Shown here one piece after another: positions 24,185-34,940 of a DNA stretch of 64,000 nt; positions within the stretch are counted from its first letter, which is position 1; every line of letters starts with the position of its first letter. The position numbers and the translations under genes are program-made. Where the stretch lies: positions 204,540,001-204,604,000 of the forward strand of contig NC_086097.1 in the NCBI RefSeq assembly GCF_963921235.1, read 5' to 3'. Origin of the DNA: Mobula hypostoma. Its lineage: Eukaryota. Below the pieces are notes generated by a model that worked only from the letters and a program-made list of their open reading frames with translations, was not told the origin of the DNA and did no database searches.

Positions 24185-27100
24185 TATCCAGCTTCCTGGG
24201 TAACCACATCTGTACCAGGTGCACCGAGCTGCAGATCCTCAGAGTGTGTTAACGAACTGCAGCTGCAGCTCGATGACCTTCAGCTGATACTAGAGACTGA
24301 GAAAGTGATAAAATGGGAACTACAGGGAAGGAATCACCCATAGGTTGCAGGAGACAGGTAACTGGTGTCTATCAGGAGAAGGAAGGGAAATGGGCAACCA
24401 GTGCAGAGTACCTCTGTGGCCGTTCCCCTCAATTATAGGTATACCACTTCAGATACTTTTGAGGGGGATGACCTACAGGGAGGAGCCACAGCAACTGAGT
24501 CTCTGGCACTAGTTTGGCTTTGTGGCTCAGAAGAGAAGAGAGGTAAGGTGGACAGCAGGAGTGATAGAAGATTCCATTGTAGAGGAATAGAGACAAGATC
24601 CTGTGGACACGATAGAGACACCTGAATGGTATGTTGCCTCCCAGATGCCAGGGTCAGGGATGTCTTGGATTGGGTCCATGGCTTTTTAAGGGGTGAGAAT
24701 GACCAGTCAGAAGTCTTGGTACATATTGAAACCAATGACATAGGTAGGAAAGGTGAAAAGGACCTAAAGAGATATTTTGGGGAATTAAGCAGAAAGCTGA
24801 AAAGCTGGACCCCCAGGGTAGTAATCTCTGGATCTCTGCCTGTGCCATATGTTAGCGACGGTAAGAATAGGATGATGTGGCAGATGAATGCGTGGCTGAG
24901 AAACTAGTGCAGGGGCAGGGGTTCAGATTTCTGGATCATTGGGATCTCCTCTGGGGAAGGTATGACTTGTGCAAAAGGAACAGGTTACACGTAAGCCTGA
25001 GAGGGACCAATATCCTTGTGGGCAGGTTTTCTAGATGTGTTCGGGGGTGGGGTGGGGGCTTACACTAACTTGGCAGAGGGCTAGGAACCGGAATGATAGG
25101 GCTAGGGTAGTTGGTTTGTAAACAGAGGCAGCATGTAATGAGACTACTAGCAAGGACAGCTAATGATAGGCCAAAATTGCAGTCAATGGGATGAGTTGTA
25201 ACGTAAAGGGGAACAAAGTGAAAAGGGTAATAAGGACTGAAGGTACTATATTTGAATGCACGCAGTATATGGAATAATGTAGATGAACTTCTAGCACAGT
25301 TACAGATTAGCACATATGACATTATGGGCATCACTGAATCAGAGGTGAAAGAAGGTTATTGCTGAGAGCTTAACATCCAAGGATACACACTGCATCGAAA
25401 GGAAAAGCAAGTAGGCAGGCGGGGTGGGGTGTCTCTATTGGTAAACAAATAAAATCAAGTCATTAGAAAGATGTGACATAGGATTGGAAGGTGTAGAATT
25501 GTTGTGGGTAGAGCTAAGCAACTGCAAGGGTGAAAAGACCATAATGGGAGTTATATATAGATCTCTGAATAGTAGCAAAGATGTGGTCTACACATTACAA
25601 AGAAAATGCATGTCAAAAGGGCAATACTTCAATTGTCATGGGGAATATTAGTATGCAGGTAGCTTGGGAAAATCATGTTGGTACTGGATCCCAAATGGGG
25701 CAATTTGTAGAATGCCTACAAGATTGCTCTTTAGCTTGAGTCCACTAGGGAATCAGCTATTTTGGATTGGGTGTTGCAATGAAGCGGAATTAATTAGAGA
25801 GTTTAATGCAAAGAAGCCCTTAGGGACCAGTGATCATATGATAGAATTCACCTTGCAATTTGAGAAGGCGATGCTAAAGTCAGATCTATCAGTATCATAG
25901 TGGAGTAAAGCAAATTACAGAGGCATGAAGGAGAAGCTGGCCAGAATAGATTGAAAGGGGACACTAGCAGTGATGATGGTAGAGCAGCAATGGCTGGAGC
26001 TTCTGGAATAACTTGGAAGGTACTGGATAGATATATTCAAAAGGAGAAGAATTTTAAAGGCAGGATGATGCAACTGTGGCTGACAAGAGAAGTCAAAACC
26101 AACATGAAAGCCAAAGAGAAAGCATATAATAGAGCAAAAATTCATGGGAAGTTGGAGGATTGGGAAGATTTTAAAAGCTATCAGAAGGCAACTGAAAAAG
26201 TCATAAAGAGGGAAAAGATAGAATACAAAGGCCAATAATATTAAAGCAGATACCGAAATTTCTTCAGATATATAAAGTGTAAAAGAAAGGTGAGAGTAGA
26301 AATTGGACCACTGGAATATGATGCCAGAGAGATAGTAATGGGGTCAAGGAAATGGCAGATGAAATGAATAAGTATTTTGTATCAGTCTTCACTGTGGAAG
26401 ACACCAGCAGTATGGTGGAAGTTCAAGAGCGTCAGGGGGCAGAAGTGAATGAAGTTGTCATTACTAGGGAGAAGGTACTTCGGTAACTGAAAGGTCTGAA
26501 GTTAGATAAGTCACCTGGACCAGATGGTCTACACCCCAGGCTTCTGAAAGAGGTGTCTGAAGAGACTGTGGAGGCATAAGCAATGAGCTTTCAAGAATTA
26601 ATAGATTCTGGCATGGTTCTGGATGAGAAGAAAATTGCAAATGTCACTCCACTCTTTAAAGAGGGATTGAGGCAGAAGAAAGATTACAGTCTGAGCTCTG
26701 CGGTCAGGAAGATGTTGGAGCCGATTGTTAAGGATGTGGTTTCAGGGTACCTGGAGGCACATGATAAACTGGGCCGAAGTCAGTATGGTTTCCTCAAGGG
26801 AAAATCTTGCCTGACAAATCATTCGGTATTCTTTGAAGAAATAACAAGCAGGATAAACAGAGGAGAATCGGTGGATGTTGTGTTCCTGAATTTTCAGAAG
26901 GCCTTTGACAAGGTTTCACACATGAGGCTCTTTAATAAGTTAAGAGCCCATGGTATTACAAGAAATGTATTGGCATGAATAGAGCATTGGGTGTTTGGCA
27001 GGAGGTAAAGAGTGGGAATAAAGGGAGCCTCTTCTGGTTGGCTACCAGTGTCTAATGATGTTACACAGGGGTATGCATTGGGACCACTTTTCTTATGTTA

Positions 27101-27768
27101 TGTGTCAATGATTTGGGTAAATTGATGGCTTTGAGGCATAGACTGTTTTCTAAATAGAGAGAAAATTCAAAAATCTGAGGTGCGGAGGGACTTGGGAATC
27201 CTCGTGCAGGATCTGTTAGAAGTTAATTTGCAGGTTGAGTCAATGGTGAGGAAGGCAAACACAATTTTGACATTAATTTCAAGAGGACTAGAATATAAAA
27301 TCAAGGGTGTAATGTTGATGCTTTATCAGGCACTGGTGAGGCCTCACTTGAGTATCATGAGCAGTTTGGGCCCCTTATCTGTAAAAGGATATGCTGACAT
27401 CGGAGAAGGCTCAAAGGAGGTTCACAAAAATGATTAAATGGCTTATCATATGAGGAGTGTTTGATGGCTCTGGCACATCCTCAGAATAAAGGGATGCCCA
27501 TTTAGAATGAGACGAGGAGGTATTTTTTTAGCCAGAGAGTGGGGAATCTGTGGATTTTGTTGCCACAGATGGCTGTCAAGGCCAGGTCATTGGGTATATT
27601 TAAGGCAGAGATTGATACATTCTTCATTAGTCAGGGCATGTAGGAATACATGGAGAAAGCAGAAGATTGTAGCTGAGAGGGAATTAGATCAGCCATGATG
27701 AAATGGTGGAGCAGACTTGATGGGCCAAATTGCCTAATTTCTGACCCTATATCTTATGGTCTTATGGT
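24185..27768 (+). mobile_element. Degraded near-full-length CR1 (ORF1 + ORF2) nested in the BEL 3' region
   Basis: ELQLQLDDL and LVHIETND (ORF1); YLNARSI, SDHMIEF and FQKAFDKV (ORF2); tail tcttatggtcttatggt. Confidence 0.9.
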
Positions 27769-27849
27769 TTTTATCCTTGAAGATTTCATGTCCTCTATTT
27801 TTGTAGTATGTAGATGTAATTACTATAGCATAATAATTAGGGGTTGGGA

Positions 27850-28402
27850 TGTATGAGCCATGTAGCTATTTTCTGTCTGTATTGTACCTTGTGTTGTGCA
27901 TTTTATTATGGGTTATGGTAATTTGTCAGGCGGGTTTGGGCGTGATAGGAGTAAATGAGTACAGACACATATTCACCCTTTGAGCTGTTAGTTTAGTTTA
28001 GTTAGGGAAGATGCGAGCCAGGGAATGAATATATTTTGAGGATCACCTATGTTGTTAATGTTGTTAATTTCACTATCTTTATGCTAGTTTTACTGATATC
28101 ACTAATTTTGATTCCTCATCTTTCCTGGCTTTGTAATAAAGGATCGAATGTACTTTTTCTCGATTTGGAACTTTTTTATTTGGAATTGTGTCATTCAGTG
28201 TCAATTCCCTCACTCAGTCTCTCAAAAGTGGTTTTAGTTTGTTTTTCAAGTGGCCCCTACATTTTGTCAGCAAAGCAATTAGTTGTAGCAAACAATCACC
28301 AGTTTATAGCAAAGGATTGCCTCAGGCCTACAAGCAAAATTGGAATCACAACTTGTGGTAGGATTATCTGAGAACTTCTGTTGAGTTGTGTATTTGTGGT
28401 TA
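27850..28402 (+). repeat. BEL 3' LTR
   Basis: Begins TGTATGAGCC after aggggttggga; shares long blocks with the 5' LTR (ttttattatgggttatggtaattt, agccagggaatgaat, caaaattggaa.cacaacttg). Confidence 0.85.
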
Positions 28403-28744
28403 CCTCCCCCCTTGGTATTCCTCTGAATTTCAAAGATTTTACAATCTGTTAGGCTTTTAGCTTTATGGACAACATTATAAACCTTTCCCTTTGATTTAAC
28501 TTCTCTTGTTAGCTATGGTTGTACCATGTTTCCTGTTTTCTTTCTTAACTGGCTAATCATATACCATACTTGTAAACTATGTGGAAATTTGGTTGATCGC
28601 CAAGCACCGTAAAATGTTTGCAGATGTTTTGTCTCCAATCGAGAAGCAATCATAAATGTGCAGTTGAGTGTGTTGTCTCCTCAGAATGCTGGCTTATATA
28701 CTCATCCAGTGTCCAAATCGATATTGATTAGACGTTGTGATCTA

Positions 28745-30175
28745 CAAACCCCATTTCCAGAAGAGTTGGGATATTTTCCAAAATGCAATAAAAACTAAAA
28801 TCTGTGATATGTTAATTCACGTGAACCTTTATTTAACTGACAAAAGTACAAAGAAAAGATTTTCGATAGTTTTATGAACCAACTTAATTGTATTTTGTAA
28901 ATATACACAAAGTTAGAATTTGATGGCTGCAACACACTCAACAAAAGTTGGGACAGACCCCTTTGTGCCAAAATTCGTGAGAGAATTGTTAGTCAGTTCA
29001 AAAGGAACATTTCTCAACGCAAGATTGCAGAGAATTTAGGCCTTTCAACATCTACAGTACATAATATTGTGAAAAGATTCAGAGAATTCAGAGACATCTC
29101 AGTGCGTAAAGAGCAAGGTCAGAAACCACTGTTGAATGCGCGAGCCCTCAGGCGGCACTGCCTAAGAAACCGTCATGCTACCGTGACAATTATAGCCACC
29201 TGGGCTTTGGAGTACTTCAGAAAACCATTGTCACTCAACACAGTCTGTCGCTGCACCTAGAAATGCAACTTGAAACTGTATTACGCAAGGAGGAAGCCAT
29301 ACATCAACTCTATGCAGAAATGCTGGCAAGTTCTCTGGGCCCCAGCTCATCTCAGATGGACCAAAAGACTGTGGAACCGTGTGCTGTGGTCAGTTGAGTC
29401 CACATTTCAGCTAGTTTTCAGAAAAAACGGCCGTCGATTTCTCCATGCCAAAGATGAAAACGACCATCCAGATTGTTATCAGTGAAAGGTGCAAAAGCCA
29501 GCATCTGTGATGGTATAGGGGTGCATCAGTGCCCACGGCATGGGTGAGTTGCATGTATGTGAGGGTACCATTGACTCTGAGGCTTATATTAGGATTTTAG
29601 AGAGACATATGTTGCCATCAAGGCGACATCTCCTCCCGGGACGTCCATGCTTATTTCAGCAGGACAATGCCAGACCACATTCTGCACAGGGTACAACAGC
29701 GTGACTTTGTAGACACAGAGTGCGTGTGCTTGACTGGCCTGCTGCCAGTCCAGATCTAACTCCTATTGAAAATGTATGGCGCATCATGAAGAGGAGAATC
29801 AGACAACGGAGACCACGGACTGTTGAGCAGCTGAAGTCTTATATCAAGCAAGAATGGACAAAATTTCCAATTGCAAATCTACTACAATTAGTATCCTCAG
29901 TTCCAAAATGATTAAAAATTGTTATTAAAAGGAAAGGTGATGTAACAAATGGTAAACATGCCTCTGTCCCAACTTTTGTTGAGTGTGTTGCAGCCATCAA
30001 ATTCTAAATTTGTGTATGTTTACAAAATACAATTAAGTTGGTCAGTAAAACTATTGACTATCTTTTCTCTGTACTTTTGTCAGTTAAATAAAGGTTCACG
30101 TGAATTAACATATCACAGATTTTTGTCTTTATTGCATTTTGGAAAATATCCCAACTTTTCTGGAAAGGGGGTTTG
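28745..30175 (+). mobile_element. Tc1 DNA transposon (DD34E), inactive, with ~210-bp TIRs
   Basis: TA at 28743-44 and 30176-77; TIRs caaaccccatttccagaagagttggga / tcccaacttttctggaaagggggtttg; WS(V)ES, FQQDNARPH and SPDLTPIENVW with 34 codons between D and E; internal stops. Confidence 0.95.
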
Positions 30176-30604
30176 TAGTTGATTGGTTCAAAACACTGTA
30201 AACAGTTTAGAAGTAGAAGATTCTGATCGGCTAGCTTTGAGGGAGATCTGTTGGAAGTGTTTGCTTTGTTGTCTAGATCCCGGGATTAATGGCAATTCGT
30301 TGATTGTTGACATTGTTGTTTTTCTTCTCTCCATAAGTGTTGTTGATGTATATGTAAAACTATGTATAATTCTTTATATGTTAACCATCACTTGTTTAAT
30401 GCTGCATATTTTTAATGTTGTTTCATATCTACCATAGACAACTCATGCTCCATGTTTCCATAGTTCACTTTCTTCAGACTTAAAATGCTGATTTCAAATT
30501 GAACTATTTTACTTCTAATTTCTAAATAAAATTTTGTCGTATGATTATTATCCCCTCAATGCTCCTTAACTGATCAATATTTTATTAATCTATAGGAAGA
30601 GGCG

Positions 30605-30642
30605 CAGTCGACGTTTCAGGCCGAGACCCTTCGTCAGGACTA
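30605..30642 (-). ncRNA. Minimal hammerhead ribozyme motif (mirror copy)
   Basis: Reverse complement of 31562-31599. Confidence 0.75.
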
Positions 30643-31561
30643 ACTGAAGGAAGAGTGAGTAAGGGATTTGAAAGCTGCAGGGGGAGGGGGAGATGCAAAA
30701 TGATAGGAGAAGACAGGAGGGGGAGGGATAGAGCCGAGAGCTGGACAGGTGATAGGCAGAAGGGGATACGAGAGGATCATGGGACAGGAGGTCCGGGAAG
30801 AAAGACGGGGGGGGGTGACCCAGAGGATGGGCAAGAGGTATATTCAGAGGGACAGAGGGAGAAAAAGGAGAGTGAGAGAAAGAATGTGTGCATAAAAAAG
30901 AGTAACAGATGGGGTACGAGGGGGAGGTGGGGCCTAGCGGAAGTTAGAGAAGTCAATGTTCATGCCATCAGGTTGGAGGCTACCCATACGGAATATAAGG
31001 TGTTGTTCCTCCAACCTGAGTGTGGCTTCATCTTTACAGTAGAGGAGGCCGTGGATAGACATGTCAGAATGGGAATGGGATGTGGAATTAAAATGTGTGG
31101 CCACTGGGATTTTAATTCCACATCCCATTCCCATTCTGACATGTCTATCCACGGCCTCCTCTACTGTAAAGATGAAGCCACACTCAGGTTGGAGGAACAA
31201 CACCTTATATTCCGTCTGGGTAGCCTCCAACCTGATGGCATGAACATTGACTTCTCTAACTTCCGCTAGGCCCCACCTCCCCCTCGTACCCCATCTGTTA
31301 CTCTTTTTTATGCACACATTCTTTCTCTCACTCTCCTTTTTCTCCCTCTGTCCCTCTGAATATACCTCTTGCCCATCCTCTGGGTCACCCCCCCCCCGTC
31401 TTTCTTCCCGGACCTCCTGTCCCATGATCCTCTCGTATCCCCTTCTGCCTATCACCTGTCCAGCTCTCGGCTCTATCCCTCCCCCTCCTGTCTTCTCCTA
31501 TCATTTTGCATCTCCCCCTCCCCCTCCAGCTTTCAAATCCCTTACTCACTCTTCCTTCAGT

Positions 31562-31599
31562 TAGTCCTGACGAAGGGTCTCGGCCTGAAACGTCGACTG
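31562..31599 (+). ncRNA. Minimal (type I) hammerhead ribozyme motif
   Basis: agtc-CTGACGA-a-gggt ctcg gcct-GAAA-cGTC-gact: conserved core, stem II, stem I agtc/gact; predicted cleavage after 31594. Confidence 0.75.
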
Positions 31600-31782
31600 C
31601 GCCTCTTCCTATAGATGCTGCCTGGCCTGCTGTGTTCACCAGCAACTTTGATGTGTGTTGCTTGAATTTCCAGCATCTGCAGAATTCCTGTTGTTAATAT
31701 TTTATTAATATTATTTTGATTAAGAATATTGAATAATATTACAATAGCTGTTTTTATCATTGGTTTCTCAACATACTGGGGA

Positions 31783-32398
31783 ACACAAAATAATCTGCAG
31801 ATGCTGGGGTCAAAGCAACACTCACAACACGCTGGAGGAACTCAGCAGGTCGGGCAGCATCTGTGGCAACGATCAGTCGACGTTTCGGGCCGGAACCCTT
31901 CATCAGGACTGTAGGGGGAAGGGGCAGAGGCCCTATAAAGAAGGTGGGGGGAGCAGGGCAGGGAGGTGATAGGCAGGAAAGGTGAAGAAAGGTGAAAAAC
32001 CAGTAAGGGGAAAGATAAAGGGGTGGGGGAAGGGGGGCAGGGAGGTGATAGGCAGGAAAAGTGAAGAAAGAATAGGGGAAAACACAATGGGTGGTAGAAG
32101 GAGGCAGAACCATGAGGGAGGTGGTAGGCAGCTGGAGGAGGGGGCCGAGTGACATAGGAATAGGGGAGGGGGAGGGGGAGGGGGAGGGAATTACCGGAAG
32201 TTTATCTTTCCCCTTACTGGTTTTTCACCTGGAACCTATCAGCCGTCTCCTTCCCACCCTCCCCCCACCTTCTCAATAGGGCCTCTGCCCCTTCCCCCTA
32301 CAGTGCTGACGAAGGGTTCTGGCCCGAAACATCGACTGATCGTTTCCACGGATGCTGCCCGACCTGCTGAGTTCCTCCAGTGTGTTGTGAGTGTTGCT
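31783..32398. mobile_element. PLE tail (second subfamily) in partially inverted configuration with two hammerheads
   Basis: Minus-strand tail 31783-~32202 (HHR at ~31875-31910) followed by a plus-strand tail ~32203-32398 (ctgacgaagggttctggcccgaaacatcgac). Confidence 0.85.
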
Positions 32399-32848
32399 CT
32401 GATCTGGGGAAGATGTGTGCTTTACACACTGAATTTACAATATCTCTTACAGTGTTAATTTGGTTTTCCCAGTCCATATGTAAATTAAATCTCTCCATGC
32501 TTATTGTGATATCCATATTAGATTTATCTCTAATTTCCTGATTTACTCCAAGCCCTCTCTTACCACTTCTGCTTCAGGGTATAGATATAAATTCTGTGCC
32601 TTGCTGTTTATTACTTCCACCCAAACTGATTCTAGTTCTTGATTTTCTGAGCTAAGATGTTTTATCACTGCTATCTTTATTACTTTCATTGTCCAAGATA
32701 CTTTACCACTTTGGCCATCACTTTTAAAAGCAGAATACTCTGGAACTGTTAATTCCCAATTTTGGTCACTTCAAGGGCTTTTATATTATATCTATTTCTC
32801 TGTTTGTCTCATTAATTTATGCATTTGTTGCAAATGATGTGTGCATTT

Positions 32849-33245
32849 AGAATCAGAATCAAGTTATTTATCACTGACATCTGTTGTGAAATTTGTTAAT
32901 TTACAGCACCAGTATAGTGCAATACAAAACAATGCTATATGTTACAATAAGAAATATTTAAAGTGAAAAATATAGTACAAAATAGATCAAAATATTGAAC
33001 TAATGTTCATTATTCATGGACAGTTCAGGACTCTGAATAGCAGAGGGGAAGAAGCTGTTCCTAAAATGTCAGGTATGCATCCTCAGGCTGCTGTACCTCC
33101 TCCCTCACGGTAGTAATGAGAAGAGGGTACCTCTTGGATGGTGTGGTCCTTTAATGACCGATGCCACTTTCTTGAGGCACTGCCTTTTGAAGATGCCCTT
33201 AATGGTGGGAAGGCTGCTGCCCATGATGGAGCTGGCTGAGTCCAC
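32849..33245 (-). mobile_element. Rex1/Babar LINE 3' fragment
   Basis: agaatcagaatca tail; cagaggggaagaagctgttcct...; homologous to 22590-22800. Confidence 0.75.
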
Positions 33246-34047
33246 GATGTAGTTACCGAACATTCAGTTTTGCCTTTTTCCCCACATTTTCTTGCTGTGG
33301 CTTGAATGGGAGACAAACTCCATTAAGTATTGATTCATTAAAAGAAATACAGCCAGGTCTAAAGACCCTGCAAAAATCACAGGGGCTCTACATACAATTG
33401 ATCTTTAAATTCTTTTGATCTAGGCAGCACACAGATTTTCTATGGCCTGTTATTTTCACATATCATACTGTCGATTGGCTATAGACCTCTGCAGGGCTAA
33501 AATTAAAATTGGCCTGTAATTCTTAATGACAAGCTGCATTTGTTAAGCAGGAGGTACATTGCGTCTGCAGCAGATGTTGGCAGGTATTCTATAACAGGGG
33601 AACCAAAGGGCGAGATTATGCAGGACCAAATGTGCTTCATAAAATTTCAGGCACTGCACTAGAGAACTTCGCTGCAGTAGAGGGGAAGAGAGATGTGAAC
33701 TCCTCAAGGGCACAAGGAGGCACTGATGTGGGAGATGATGCACATTAATGCAGAAGTCAAACCCTGTGATCTGCCTACTCTACAAAGTCTACAGAGTCAT
33801 ATGCAATTTTTTCAAGTTCCAATTTGAATAATTGCATCATCAGCATCAGAATATTACTCAATATCCTTTCCCTTGTTCCCTCAATCACCTCTGACTAATG
33901 AAATATGCATTCGTATCAAGTTTTCACTTGCATACAAATTTAGCAATCTCATATCCACATCTCACAGCTTGTGCGTCAGTGATTATTTAATCATGGGTGA
34001 TACTAATACATTTGATTATTTTCTTGTAGAACAAACAGGTATATCAC

Positions 34048-34104
34048 TGAGCAATGAGGTCAAGTGTACTGCAATAAATGAGCAATGAGGTCAAGTGTAC
34101 TGCA
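34048..34104. repeat. 31-bp tandem duplication
   Basis: tgagcaatgaggtcaagtgtactgca present twice. Confidence 0.85.
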
Positions 34105-34940
34105 TGACTTTAGCTTAATGGATGAGAGGTTGTTCATTAATGTTGCTCACTACTGAGACTGAAGTGAAGAGGCTTTAGCAATAGTAACTGATGCTTAATC
34201 CTCCAGTACCTCCTCACACCCCACTTACTGCTCACTCCAAAATCTCTTCCGATTTACAGATTGTAGATGGTGTAATTGTGCACTTGTTACCTTCCCCAGA
34301 ATCCCCCCACCCCACCCATCACCTTGCAACAGCTCTACATTTGTGCTTTCCTCCTTTTTTAGATAGTAAAGATTTACAATCTGACTAGAATGTAATGAAA
34401 GCAAAAAGGAAATGGATTTCTCAATTTCAATTTCCCCGTCAACCAAGACTACACATAATTTATACATTGCATGAGAAAGGAGACCTGCATGTGGTGAGTT
34501 CTGGAGAAAATGGCTCACAGAAAGGCTAGATGAAAATGCAACACAACGAGTGTCTCCCTGCAAAGCAAAGTTAGGCACAGTTTTTGCCACAGAGTACTTA
34601 GATGTGATTTTGATGGGATAACTTATAGAAGATCACTATTGTGTATGTACAATTAAACATATGATGGTTTGGTTGGCCAATTAGATAACTTGCAAGCAAT
34701 GTCAAAGAACGGGGAGTAACCTAGCATCAACAAAGAAGAATTACATGGAACTTGGTGAGCAACCTTCTTAATTTCATGGCCACATATGGATTCAACCATA
34801 ATGTTTCAACTTCCATCGTTTTGTCACAAGACAATTCTGAATCAGGTTTAGTATCACTGGCATACGTTATGAAATATGTTGTTTTGTAGCAGCAGTAGGA
34901 AATAAAAAACTACAGATTACAATCCGAATTAATATATATA

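Larger units (their letters stand above)
14159..28402 (+). mobile_element. BEL/Pao LTR retrotransposon, degraded, with both LTRs and multiple nested insertions
   Basis: LTRs at 14159-~14683 and 27850-~28402; PPT-like aggggttggga before the 3' LTR. Gag IFDGDPLQY (~16085) and Cys/His knuckles (~16860-16950); RT ADIESM..QV...LRFLWW and FYVDD (~17968); RNase H LHHFTDAS..GYGAV; integrase PPFT.VGV..FGP and SDNATNF; C-terminal GFVRQVRIKTK (~23920). Confidence 0.92.
30590..31695. mobile_element. Penelope-like element 3' end in inverted (palindromic) configuration, 14-bp TSD
   Basis: TSD aatattttattaat at 30576-89 and 31696-709; arms 30588-31094 and 31109-31616; both encode the PLE C-terminus ...FNSTSHSHSDMSIHGLLYC...RLEEQHLIFR.GSLQPDGMNIDF. 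Confidence 0.93.

Noticed and set aside
30655..31455. 204-aa and 173-aa ORFs as novel genes
   Set aside because: They are chimeras of antisense PLE tail and PLE C-terminus created by the palindrome
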